DNA of 62,583 nucleotides, filler included, from Globobulimina sp. (lineage: Eukaryota): assembly GCA_003354225.1 (NCBI GenBank). It is 24 parts of 24 records of this genome, joined end to end, with 100 filler letters (N's around TTAATTAATTAA, not from the genome) between each part and the next. Parts side by side here need not be neighbours in the genome. Positions count along the whole stretch, not along the records: positions 23,518 to 26,029 come from PIVH01006243.1; positions 26,130 to 28,641 come from PIVH01006244.1; positions 28,742 to 31,253 come from PIVH01006245.1; positions 31,354 to 33,864 come from PIVH01006246.1; positions 33,965 to 36,475 come from PIVH01006247.1; positions 36,576 to 39,086 come from PIVH01006248.1; 18 more parts are not named here. One strand, given 5' to 3'. Numbering within the stretch: the stretch's first letter is position 1; every line of letters begins with the position of its first letter. The notes below the pieces were generated by a model that saw only the letters and a program-made list of their open reading frames with translations, made no database searches and had not been told where the DNA came from. Positions 24,045-36,762 of the stretch are shown here, in pieces. The position numbers were made by a program, and so were the translations under genes.

Positions 24045-26029
24045 ATGGATCCATTAACCGAATATGCAGATGATTCATCTGATAATATATTTGAAAATGA
24101 TGATGAAAAAAAGGAATTTGAAGATATTGTTAACAATAACAATGACAATAACGATGACAATAATAACAACAATAATAATAACAATAACAACAATATGTTA
24201 AGCTATGATTCATCATCATACGATTTAGCGCCCCATCCCTTAGACAAAGCGTCATGTTGTAATCGTTTATGGCAAACCATGTCTTCCTTTTGGGTCTTAC
24301 CATTAATCAAATTAGGTCGACAACGCCCAATTAAAATCACTGATTTATACTCATTGCCAAAATCTGAATCATTGGCAAATGCATTATCTAAATGGAACGA
24401 TTTACTTTCTAAAAACGCTAAAATGTCCATAATCCGCGCAATATGGGACATAGAAAAGGCTGATATTCTCTTTGTATTCATGTTAAATCTAATTCGAGCA
24501 CTTATCATCGTCGGCTTATTATATTTATGGCAGTTTTTAATTGCATTCTATACTGATCCCGATGTCCCAATTGCTTCTGGCATATTATTAGCAATTTATA
24601 TGTTTATACTAAATATAGGCAGAAGGTACACTATCTATAAATATATACATTGTCTCATCCTCGCACTCAAATCCATAAAAACACAGCACCATAAATTCAG
24701 TCATAACCAACTGCTGTTCGGCAATGGCCACTCGAATGATGGGGATGATAATGAGTGTGATGTACGATAAGGGGCTCGAAATGGACTTAGAATCCTCAAA
24801 AAAACAAGCTTCGCTAAACATTATCGGCTCCAATCTAGAATATATTGGCTGGGGCTTATTATACTTACCCTCTTCCATGGTCTTTGCCATTATATTGATA
24901 TTGGTTTCGTTTCTGTTTTTATATATCATTGTGGGCACAGCCTCATTGATAGGTATTGGTTTTGTATTATTCATAGGCATTCCCTGCCAAATCTGTGTGT
25001 TATTACGTATCTCAGCTGCGGATGACTCACGTTTTGATATCTCCGATGAGAGAGTCTCTTTTATGAATGATCTGTTTCATGGCATCAAATTCACCAAATT
25101 ATATTCATGGGAAATACCGCTAATGCGTAGAATATCAAGTTACAGGAATAGAGAACGCAAATTTGTGGAAGCGTATAACACAAATCTAGCCTGGCTGCGA
25201 TTGATTAACTTTGCCATTCCAACGTTGATGTTGGTCGTTATTGTTATATTTTACTTATTAAATGGACATAAATTGCATTTATTTATCATGTTTCAGTTAA
25301 TTATCGTCGCACAAATATTATCCGGAGCCATTGATATGATACCAATTCATGCCTTATTTGCGACGGAATTCCTTGTCGCGTTGCAGAGAATTGATGATTT
25401 TTATAAGATTGCAAATAAAAAGGATATGATATGCGACACGCAAAGCAATATAAATAACTATATTCAAAATGATATTGCTATTCGTATAAAGAATGCGCAC
25501 TTTGATTATATGGATAACAATGATAAATACTGCTTGTCTGATATCAATATGCGAGTGAAAAGAGGCAAATTAATAGCCATAATAGGTCGAGTTGGCGCCG
25601 GTAAGTCTGCCCTATTGCAGGCCATATTGGGTGAGATGAACATGCTATGCGGCACACATTATATTAACGGTACGCCGAGGAATGGGAACAAGAACAATGT
25701 GATTAGTTATGTGCCACAAACGACCTTTATCTTGCACGGCACCGTGAGGGATAACATATTATTAGGTTTGGCCTATAACCATGAGAAATATACAAAAGTG
25801 ATTGAATTCAGTGCCTTGAAACAGGATTTAGCCATTTTGCCAGATAACGATCAGACTGTGATTGGCGAACAAGGCGTCACTATCTCTGGTGGGCAGAAAA
25901 TGAGAGTGTCCTTTGCCAGGGCCTTATATCGCTGTGGCGATTCTGATATTTTCTTATTTGACGATCCTTTGAGTTCGGTGGATATCGATGTGGGACAAAT
26001 CATGTTCAAAAATGGTATCTGCAAATTAT
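24045..26029 (+). CDS. ABC transporter subfamily C (MRP-like), TMD1 and NBD1, 3' partial
   Basis: SDERV...GIKFTKLYSWE; Walker A GRVGAGKS; IGEQGVTISGGQKMRVSFARALY; FLFDDPLSSVD; intron 24626-24686. Confidence 0.95.
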
Positions 26030-26211
26030 NNNNNNNNNNNNNNNNNNNNNNNNNNNNNNNNNNNNNNNNNNNNTTAATTAATTAANNNNNNNNNNNNNNN
26101 NNNNNNNNNNNNNNNNNNNNNNNNNNNNNCTAATAACACAAAAAAACTGTAAAACTCAAGGGGGGCACACAAAAAAAAAACATAGATACCATAAAATAAG
26201 TCATATGTCAG

Positions 26212-26293
26212 CCGATGAGGCGACTTCGTCGCCGCCCATAGATATCAAATAAAATCGGTTTCAACCGATGAGGCGACTTCGTCGCCGCCCATA
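26212..26293. repeat. 53-nt-period tandem repeat with GC hairpin GGCGAC-TTC-GTCGCC
   Basis: CCGATGAGGCGACTTCGTCGCCGCCCATA at 26212 and 26265. Confidence 0.9.
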
Positions 26294-26575
26294 ATACCAA
26301 ATAAAATGGGAGTGACAAAATTTTAAAAGTAAAATGTTAAAAGAGTACATTATTGTTGTAATGTTTCAAACAATATTTTTGCCAAAAATAACAAAACTCT
26401 TAATGTTACATTTAACATTTTGAATGATAATGTTAAATGTCGCAAAAATATATACAAATATACAAACAAGACGAAAATCCAAACAGAAACAACATAAACA
26501 TACAAAAGATTGTTTTGTATGAAACTAGTGAGTACTGCAAAAAAAAAAACTCATGTTTTCGTTGTAGTATCATGT

Positions 26576-27408
26576 CCCGCGGGAGGGACTTTATTGGTTG
26601 TTAGCTCTGCTACCATGCATCACAATAGTGTACTTGATTTGAAAGGGACAGCCAATGTGATCTACACACTGAAAACGAAACATGTAGTTGGTCGAATATA
26701 TATGTAAATACCACGAGAAAATCCATCCATCCATCCCATGTTAATACCATCCAACTGCAAACACTGTGCCATCTCCAACTACAAACCACAGTTCACCTCC
26801 AACCTCAAATCAGTGTTCATTACAAACAGCAAACCCTGGTTCCATTCCAACTGCCAAACCAGGTGAATATCCAACTACAAAACCAGCGAAAATAACCGTC
26901 AAAGACCTGGTATCAAAACCAGGCTAAAATGAGAGAAGAAACTATTGAATAAGACCTGGACCAAAACCAGGCTGCAAATTTTTAAAAAAGACCTGGACCA
27001 AAACCAGGCAAAAACCAGTGAATAAGACCTCGACCAAACACCGGCTGCAAATTTTTAAAAAAGACCTGGACCAAAACCAGGCAAAAACCAGTGAACAAAG
27101 CCCAGCAACCACACCATCGATTTATTGCACTGCGACTCAGAGCGAGTACGGCGCCCATTTTTATCATAGCAGACTGCTTATTGGTGCCGTTCCAAATTAT
27201 TTGTGTTGTTTCAAGCGAGAATGGCACTCATTTTTATTCATTGCAAACTGCTTATTGGTGCCGTTCAAAATTATTTATGTGAAACAGAGCGAGAGTGGCA
27301 CCCATTTTTATTCATTGTAACTGCATATTGGTGCCGTTCTGAATTATTTATGCTTATTCAGTTATGCGTTTTATTAGAATCTAGCATAAATAGTATCCCT
27401 CCCGCGGG
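26576..27408. mobile_element. Putative non-autonomous element bounded by 13-bp inverted repeats, with two internal tandem arrays
   Basis: CCCGCGGGAGGGA (26576-26588) and TCCCTCCCGCGGG (27396-27408); five AAGACCTGGACCAAAACCAGGC-like units; three ~73-nt units containing ATTGGTGCCGTTC; no clear target-site duplication. Confidence 0.55.
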
Positions 27409-27427
27409 CCTTTTATATTTTTGCTAA

Positions 27428-28641
27428 ATGAATAAATTAAATTTGAAACAATGTAAGAAAGATTATCAATTATTGAATCAATTTAATGAATTTTATGATA
27501 AGTGGCTACACAACACATATAATATAAGGGAACATTTAACTGCTTTCAAATTTGATTTTGAATCTTTTTATGAAAGGTTTTCAGATTTGGCACAAATTGC
27601 AGCAGAAAATAAATGGAAAACAGAGTCAGATTTTTTGGCACAATTTGCAACAGAAAGTGAATGGACAAAAGATACAATTCCACCAAACAATGACAGTGCG
27701 ATTCGTCTCTTTCAAGCGTCCCGAAGAATTAACAACAAATATTCATCTGCAGTGAAATATTGGTTACGTGTTGGTTTAATGTATTGTAAATTGAATGAAA
27801 TAAATACAATTTGGTGCCATCATAATGAACAAAATATAAAATATCACGACCCTGATTTATTTAAGAAACTTACTTTAAATAAAGAGTTTATCCCAAACAA
27901 AAGGAGGAAATATCATGGTACAAATAAAAAACAGGCACCGTTGCAACATTTTATATTACAATTTACGGAAATCCATAAAGACGTTCCATTGGATAAGTTA
28001 GCAATTTCATACAACACTAATAATTTTTGGTTGTATTTCTCTGCACCACAAATAGAATCGTGTATGGATAAATATTATATTACATACAAAAAGATAATGG
28101 ACACATTTAGTATATATACATATGATTTATGTCTTAATGAGCAGAGATGTTCATTGCAAATGGTAGTAAGCATGGACAAGCTACAACCGCTCGTTGGTTC
28201 ATTTCAGTCTCAGTTTGAAGAGTGGAAAATAATATGCAATTATTATTATTCATTTGTTGATAGATATACGTTTACACCACTCGCAGTTGGTTGTAGTGGT
28301 TATAATTCAAATGAGACGTATGATGATCGGTCACGAGTGGTTGAAGCAGAGATTAAATCAAATCCTGGCTCACCTAAACAGAAAAGACATAAGCAGAGTT
28401 TAGTGGATGTTGATGTAACACCATATGAAATATGCGTTGATCAAACACCAACCAAATATTTACGTCTTATTAACTTACCACCTCCATTGGTCTCAAATGA
28501 TGTCGAATTTTTACAATATTTCAACGCGTTTGGAGGTGTTACTGCATATAGCAGCAAGAGAGAGAGTGGTGATTTTGTTATGTGCGTTGAATATGATACG
28601 CTGGAACACGCTATAAAAGCGCATAATGAGTTTGATTTACA
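27428..28641 (+). CDS. Hypothetical protein with C-terminal RRM (3' partial)
   Basis: YLRLINLPP...FLQYFNAFGGV...VMCVEYDTLEHAIKAH. Confidence 0.6.
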
Positions 28642-29034
28642 NNNNNNNNNNNNNNNNNNNNNNNNNNNNNNNNNNNNNNNNNNNNTTAATTAATTAANNN
28701 NNNNNNNNNNNNNNNNNNNNNNNNNNNNNNNNNNNNNNNNNTTTATACAAAATATCTTTATGTTGATAGATATGCATACAAAGGGGGCGGGTTAGTATAG
28801 GTAGTTATTAGGTACACAAATTTGTGTTAACACGCAATCATGAAAATCCATGAAAAATACTAAAAAAATTAATATTTAGCATTTGCCAAATTGGTGAAAA
28901 CACAAAATGATCAAAATATTGCAGAATGATTTTTAACGTTTTACCATTTTATCATTTTTTTAACTTACGGCTTTTGGCTAAATAAAAAAGGGTACATCAT
29001 TTCGAAAACCACATTAAATACAAAATATAATATA

Positions 29035-30142
29035 TCAATCTGCAGTTTTCATGTTTCCATTGAATGTCAAAACATTCCAAAAAGACGAACCGTGAGTAAT
29101 CTTATCAGACAAAACAGATCTGTATTGAGTAGATGTTATAAAATTCTTCAATACACCAAGCAATAAACTTAAATAATTATCATACTCCGATTGCAAACTT
29201 ATAACATTCTCCAATGTTCCTTCTACTATGCCAAGATTATATACTTGCGCTTCAATGCCAATTATATTTTTGAAATAGTGAGATATGTTCCATCTATCTT
29301 TATCACTATCAATTACTAAAATAATTTGGTAATCTTGAAACGGAAAAATGTTTCCAATATCTACACAAAAACAATAAATATATCATAAATAAATAATTTG
29401 TTGAAACATAACTTTGTAGCGTTTTTAACTGCGATTCTTGCGTTATTGCACCAATAAATGTGAACCAATCACGAGTGTCTTTAGTTTCTCTCATTAAAAT
29501 ATTATAATAAATTTGAATGAGATTTAATTGCGATATTAATTGAATATCATTCACCATACTCGAATATGCGACAATTTCAAATCTAACACCAAATGTATGT
29601 GACAAACGATGCAACCAAGAAATAAAATAAATTAATTTCGGCCTAAATGCATATATTTGATTTTTATCGGATCCATCAGAACCTAATGCAAAGCGTAATG
29701 TATCCTTGTTATATTCCCGAATAATTTTGGTAAATGTTGTAACATTTAGCTCTGTGCCATTTACATTGTCAGTAATTGTAATTAACTGAGGATCAAATAA
29801 TAATTCACCCGGTTCAATGATTAGTAATATTGTTTGAATATTGGTTCGCAAATTTACTGCATGTTTTTGACACATTTTCTGTTTATCCATTATACTTAAA
29901 ATAATATGTCGATAATCAATATCATTTGGAACATTGATATTTTCTCGAATTACTGTATCAAAAATTGAACTGCTATATCCATTGAAATCAGCTGTAGAAT
30001 TAGGAAACTGTAAATCATCACATTCAAGAGATCCTACATCTGTCTCATGTCTTTTGTTTTTATCTATATATCGCAGTGCGGCCAATATCATCGCACTTAC
30101 AGATATTAATTGCAACACTCTCGTAACCGTCGCAGTACTCAT
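29035..30142 (-). CDS. Membrane-anchored FCP1/NIF-like HAD-fold protein with degenerate active site
   Basis: YAFRPKLIYFI, FEIVAYSS, KTLQNI, IILVIDSDKDRW (after intron about 29360-29410); motif I reads EPGELL. Confidence 0.55.
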
Positions 30143-30359
30143 TTTGAAGAATATGGCACAAACAACTCAACTGAAGTTTTTTTGGAAGCAAATTTCCTTT
30201 TGATGAACAATTATGTCAAGTATTTAAAACTGAACTTTTGAATTGCATGAATTTCAAGTTTATGAATTTAAAATTTATTACAAATCTACATAGAATATAA
30301 ATTAATAAAATTATTAATTAATTATTGATATACAGAATGTCTCAGAGTATTATTATTAT

Positions 30360-31078
30360 TTATAATTTGGAAACAATTGTTTTAATTTCGGTAAAAAAAT
30401 CAATTGAATGTAAACCACCTTCCCTTTGAACGCCAGAATTCTTAAATCCGCCAAATGGCATTCTACCATCCGATTTTAAATAACAATTAATCCAAACAGA
30501 GCCTGCTTCCAATTCGCGAGCAATCCTTTGACCTCTTCGAATATCCGATGTCCAAACCGATGCAGCTAAGCCATAATCCACTTGGTTTGCAATACGCAGC
30601 GCTTCCTCCTCAGTTTCAAACGTATGAACAGTTAAAATGGGCCCAAATATCTCTTCCATGGCACATCTACATTTATCATCTAATCCGACCACAATGGTGG
30701 GTTCAAACCAATTTCCATTCATCAATGCCGACGACAATTTATTACCAACATCGCGACCATATTTACCGCCACAAATAATGGTTCCGCCTTCGCGAATTGC
30801 CAAATCCAAATAGCTTTTGACCTTTTTAAATTGGGTTGTACTCACTAATGGGCCCATCATTGTCTTTTCATCCAATGGATCTCCAATGGCGGGAATATAC
30901 ACATTATTTACGTGTTGTTTTAATTTCTCAATGAATCGATCACTTATTCCTTTCTGTACTAATAATCGTGAACCACTGCAACATACTTGTCCTGTATTTA
31001 AAAACTCACTCACTGCAATACCTTGCACTGTCTCGTCCAAATAACAATCATTAAATACAATTGCCGCATTCTTACCGC
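30360..31078 (-). CDS. Aldehyde dehydrogenase (ALDH8A1/aminomuconate-semialdehyde-like), last exon
   Basis: GKNAAIVF, NTGQVCCSGSRLLV, EEIFGP, YGLAASVWT, PFGGFKNSG..REGG. Confidence 0.93.
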
Positions 31079-31631
31079 CTATGTGTTGGATTAATTACTT
31101 ATGCAAAATATTGTAAAATTGTCCTTGCACTTATCAAATTATCTAAATTATATGGGTTCAGCTTGAAAAGTTGTTACGAGGACATGTTGCAAAGACAAAA
31201 GTTTTTTTTTAAAAGTAAGTCACAGAGTACAGCAATGTGTACGTTTCTGACATNNNNNNNNNNNNNNNNNNNNNNNNNNNNNNNNNNNNNNNNNNNNTTA
31301 ATTAATTAANNNNNNNNNNNNNNNNNNNNNNNNNNNNNNNNNNNNNNNNNNNNTAAAATCAAAATTTTTATCAACAAATGCAAAAGTTAAAGTTGTTAAA
31401 ATTAATTCAAAAGACATCATTCGATTTATTATCACCAGTGTTGAATGTAAAATTATAGTTTGCGAATCGTTTAAAATGTGTAATTATTTACGTATGTGAT
31501 TTACTTTTTTTTACCACAATTTCTACGTAACTATACGATATCCACAGCGGTAAAATTCTTAATTTGAAATCACGTATACAAGCATTGAAAAGTGAAAACT
31601 CATCGTTTAACCTACTTCACATAATTTAATA

Positions 31632-33445
31632 ATGGTGTCGTTTTTCTTCTTATTGTTGCAATTGTTTATCAACTATGGAAGTGCTCAAAGTTTAGTGTAT
31701 CATCATAACACAACACACCTGCATATAAGCCAACAATTGCACTTAGATTCCAATCTGTGTGTCTGGGGAGCGACAGTGTTAAATGGTCAATATTTATATT
31801 CTGGAATGCATAACAATTATCCATATTACATCATGGCAGTTGATACAACATGTTCCAGCACTGGTCAATTATTTTTATTTTATAGCAATTCGAATGATTG
31901 GCAGATTACAGAAGTATTAGAAGCAATCACATTTTATGAATACTGTCCAAACTCCATTGATCCAACAACTGGAGCAGGTGGTGGCTGTGTTAATAAATGG
32001 CAAGATGCAAACATGCAAGTAACGTACGGTTCGTGTCCTGAATGGGATTGTGATGAGATTACAACATCATGGCCAAGTACTCATCCCTGTGGAGCTACAT
32101 TTGATACACGTATTGAACCGAATGTATATAGAGCATCATCCAATGGCGTATATTTTTATTATGCGCTTGGTGATTTTGTTTGTGCTGACGAGTATAGCAC
32201 TGCCTGTAAAAGCTCTGTCTGGGATTTTTCAACTGATTCTTGGAGTGACTTACTTAAAGGTACGAGTATTGATATCACATTTGAGGGGGCTGGACTCGAG
32301 ACCGTATATTGTATAGGTATGTATATCTTTATTTAAATGAGAAACAATGTTAATTATCGAGGAAGATACATGCATATATTATACATAAAAACAAAAAACA
32401 AAAAGGTTACACCGAATCACCGACTACAAACTCGCCAAACACTAACTTTCCAACAACTATGTTTCCCACCACTGCAATGCCAACAACATCCATGCCACCT
32501 ACAGCGATACCAACTACATCAATGTCAACTACGTATGCACCAATTCCAACTACAACAATGCCAACTATAACAATGACAACTACATCGGTGTCAACTACAT
32601 CTATGCCAACGACAGCAATGCCGACTGCAGCAATGTCAACGACAGCAATACCAACCACTACCATACCAACTACTGTAGCTCCAACAACTAAAGCACAGAC
32701 TACATTCATTACAACTTTTGTTCCAACAATTCCAAGTACGAAAATTTCAACAACAGGTTTTCCGACTACGGCAGCTCCAGTCACTAATGAAGGTATACAG
32801 TGTCTCAATTATCTCAAATGATAAACATAATTGTGTTTAATAGAGCAAGTGTCAGAGGATGAAGCGTCAACAACCATCTCTTCGGATAATCAATTCCATT
32901 CACAAAACAAAGAACCATTTGTACAGAGTCAAACATTTTTTATCGTAATTATTTGTATTGCAATGATGTTAATTTGCTGTTCTGTAATATTGACAGTATT
33001 TGTGTTTCTTAAAAAACGGAAACAAAATAAAAACCCATCAATGGTGATCAAACATAACATTGAGTTGGCACAACATCAACATCAACATCAACATCAACAT
33101 GTAAAGAGTTTTAGTGGCAGTGGTGATTTTGTTCATGAGCATGTAACACCATTTGGAAGCAATCAGATGAGATCAATAACTCCATTTACACCATTCTCAC
33201 CTGGATCAGCAGCAGCAGATAGAATGAGAGTGAAATCAATGAGCGAGCATAGTGATGCTAAGAGTGTGGGGGATGGCCATGGTATTGTTGAAGAAGAAGA
33301 GAATATATATGGTGAAGGAAATGATGATGGAAGTGGCGATGATATTTATCAACCGAATAATGACATTACACCACTGACGCCTCGGGGAATCGATTACATT
33401 ACGCCACTGACACCTCGAGGAGTCACTGCCGATAATGATGACTAA
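31632..33445 (+). CDS. Type I membrane protein: signal peptide, Cys-rich domain, Thr/Pro stalk, TM, cytoplasmic tail
   Basis: Two GT-AG introns (about 32318-32405 and 32793-32843) join three ORFs; MPTT repeats; ITPLTPRG x2. Confidence 0.8.
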
Positions 33446-33546
33446 CATCCAATCAATGTAAAATAGAGCAACTTTGTATATTTAAATGTTATTTTCAAGG
33501 ATTGAAACATATTTCCATATTTCAGAAGCAGTCATAAACTCTCGAT

Positions 33547-33864
33547 TTATGTACAAATTACAGAATACAACGTTACAATCATTGAAAAGACAAAACAATT
33601 CAAATTTCCAGTACTCTTTTCTGTTGTAGGTTCCATTGTTGTCACACTTAAGTTCAAACTCTGAGATGGTGTTAATGTTAATGATGGAGCCATTGTAGGG
33701 ACATCAGAAGTGCCTACATAAGTATATGTTTGTTGAATCATGGTTAGATACGTCTGATACGCATTTTTTTCAACTCCATCATACGTTATCATTCCCAAAG
33801 TACACAAATATTCCTTAAATTGAGCATTGTTAATACCATAATATACCTCAAAATCACTACATTG
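33547..33864 (-). CDS. C-terminus of a PT-stalk surface protein with hydrophobic (GPI-like) tail
   Basis: VPTMAPS...EPTTEKS then FVFSMIVTLYSVICT*. Confidence 0.5.
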   Translation of the reverse strand, partial: QCSDFEVYYGINNAQFKEYLCTLGMITYDGVEKNAYQTYLTMIQQTYTYVGTSDVPTMAPSLTLTPSQSLNLSVTTMEPTTEKSTGNLNCFVFSMIVTLYSVICT

Positions 33865-33970
33865 NNNNNNNNNNNNNNNNNNNNNNNNNNNNNNNNNNNN
33901 NNNNNNNNTTAATTAATTAANNNNNNNNNNNNNNNNNNNNNNNNNNNNNNNNNNNNNNNNNNNNCACGGC

Positions 33971-36433
33971 ATGGCCGCAGCGCGACGCTTTTCCTCCAAA
34001 TCCATCATAAACAGCAATATGGCCGATCTCAAAACTCACAAAAAAGCAAAATCCTTATCATTCAGAGACAAATATTCGCAGTCTGCAATCAACGAAATTA
34101 AGCGCCTTTATGTCCAGCATAATTCTGACGATGATGACGATGAGAAAGACGATGATCTCAAACAAGGCGGCACTACTTTTAATAGGAAGAAATTATCCAC
34201 CATCGATTCCGTAGCAGCGGAGGATGATAATAATGAACGCTATGAATGGGCGGACAGTGACGACGGATATTATGACGATACATCGAGTGAGGACGGCAAA
34301 AATGGCAATGTCCGCATGACTTCGGTCGCTGATCGCGGATTGCAAACTTATTACGATCCAAATCAGGTGAAAACCTATAAACAGAGTGCGATTTTTAACT
34401 TTTCTTCGCCTGAAAAAAAAGCCGTGTCGCCGCCACCAATCAAGCGCAGCCTGGAAAAAATGAAAAGTTTGCCTACATTGCCGTCATTGCAGCAGTGTGA
34501 CTGTGAGGATTATGACGATAACGAGGAGGAAAAACAGCAGACGTTGGTAAGGAGAAAAAGCGATAAAGTGTCAGTGTCAGTGTCTGTGAGCAAAATTAAG
34601 CAGGAAATGGCGCAGTCGCCGATACTAAATACGATTGTAAGTAAACCGAAGTATAAAGTCGGTGATAAGGAGAGGAATATTGATGTGTTTCTGGAGCATA
34701 TGGATAAACGCGTTGGTTTAGCCAACTTTGCGCGTTTTGTAGCCATCAATGATGGCAATATCGATGCAGTGGAGCAGGTACTTTATATTTTTTATGTTTC
34801 GATTGTGTTAACATATGGATGGAATTGAAGGTCTATAGAGATTATAGGAAGAAATCGATGAGCGGCGCTGCGCTGAAACGGATTGAAAGTGAGGAGAGGC
34901 AAATGGTGCAAAAGGAGCAAGAGATAAAAAAGCAGCAACAGGAGGATATATATTTGAATCTGAAAAAAAGGCAGAAATCAGCAAATAAGTCGGAGGAAGA
35001 GGTGGAATGTGAACAGGATGAAGAGGTTGAATATGATTATGAAGAGATTGAAATCGACGAAGGATGTCCCATCATAATAGATAACGGCGGTGGTTTTATA
35101 AAGGCTGCGTTTCAGGTCTCTGAGCAGCCGGTTTTAATACCAAACCAATGTGTGAAATCTAAGGAAAATGAGAGAAAGTATGTGTTGTTTGGCGATGATT
35201 ATGGATTAAGGCACGACACCATGGCAGATATCGGCGATATAATATTTCCAATCAAAAGGGATGTTATCCAGGATTGGGACGCTATGAATGCCATTTGGGA
35301 GTACACGGTGTTGAAGAAACTTGGTGTGGATGAAATGTACGAATATCCCATTATGATCACTGAAGCACCGGGAACTGATAAGACGTCAAGGTATGTCTTG
35401 TCAGGTATACTGCAGCAAAAACTTAATTAGCAGTCATTATCATACTTTTTTTTATAATTTTATGGTGTATGGCCGCTACAAATGAAGTTCCAAACTTTTG
35501 TAGCTTCATTTGTAACATTCATATGCCTGAAATTACAAAAACATGCATTATTTTATTGATGCTTTCAGGGAGAAACAGCTGCAGCATTTCATGGAAACGC
35601 ATAGCTTACAAAAGTTTTATATGATGAATACGGCATTAGCTAATTTTTATTATACCGGCAAAACCCGCGACGATTACTGCGTGATTGTCGACTGTGGCCA
35701 TTCCACCACAAACATATCCTGCATTTACATGGGAATGTACCTAAATAAGTACGCATCCACCATACAGTATGCGGGCAAGGACATCACGTCCCATTTATCC
35801 GCATTACTACGCGAAACAGAGTCGTCGTCAATGTATTTCCATTTGGACACTTCCTATAAGATAGCAAATAAAATAAAGCATGATTATTGCTATGTGGCCA
35901 GAGATTTTTACACAGCGAAACATAATTTGGTGAATAAGCGGTATACGTTGCCCGATGGCAGGACATTGCAAATAGAAAATGAACAGTATGAAGCTGCAGA
36001 AATATTATTCAATCCATCCGACCCAAAACATAGCAAACGCAAAAACCGAGGATCAAGGAATAAATCCTCGAAGAAATCGATGCATTCGATATTGATAAAT
36101 TGTGTGAATAAAATTGACGATGATGATGTTGAGAAGAATATGTATGCGAATATTTATTGTTGTGGTGGTTCGGTCAAGTTAACCAATTTCACATCGCGGC
36201 TGCAATCCGAATTAACGTCTTCTTTGGCGCGGAGAATGTCGATTGTTGCACCGCAGCATATACGGAATGGTGTGATTGTGAAAAAGGTGAATGAGCCACA
36301 ATTGTCGGCATGGAAGGGTTGTGCTATTATTTCGAGTCTGAGCAGTTTTGATGATAAATGGATCACAGCGGCAGAATATAATGAATATGGACCGAGTATC
36401 TTGTTAAAAAAATGTACGCATCAAGATTTGTAG
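33971..36433 (+). CDS. Divergent actin-related protein with ~350-aa N-terminal extension
   Basis: IIIDNGGGFIKA, PIKRDVIQDWDAM, PIMITEAP, IVDCGHSTT, AGKDIT, YTLPDG, CGGS...F..RLQSEL, SAWKG..I.SSL..F...WIT..EY.EYGPSI; introns 34778-34830 and 35391-35568. Confidence 0.9.
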
Positions 36434-36762
36434 CAATATGACAAATGAAATGACAATTGTTTTTTTTCAGATTATNNNNNNNNNNNNNNNNNNNNNNNNN
36501 NNNNNNNNNNNNNNNNNNNTTAATTAATTAANNNNNNNNNNNNNNNNNNNNNNNNNNNNNNNNNNNNNNNNNNNNAATCTAATTTTTGATAATAGTTTTA
36601 TTGATCGTTTTAATATAGAAGAAGGCGATTGCGCAAATATCTTAGTGTCTTGGTAAAATAGAATTTGAGAGGGGAACTTCGAAGTGCACTTTTAGTTGCT
36701 GGTAGACCGTTTGGCCAGAAAACGAGTTTTGACTCAGGATAGCTGAGATGGATCAAGGTACT

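Noticed and set aside
26212..26293. Active hammerhead ribozyme
   Set aside because: The essential GAAA is GCCC, the core U is C, and no convincing stems I/III are present.
26900..27350. CRISPR array
   Set aside because: The intervening sequences are themselves repeated rather than unique spacers, there are no cas genes, and the context is eukaryotic.
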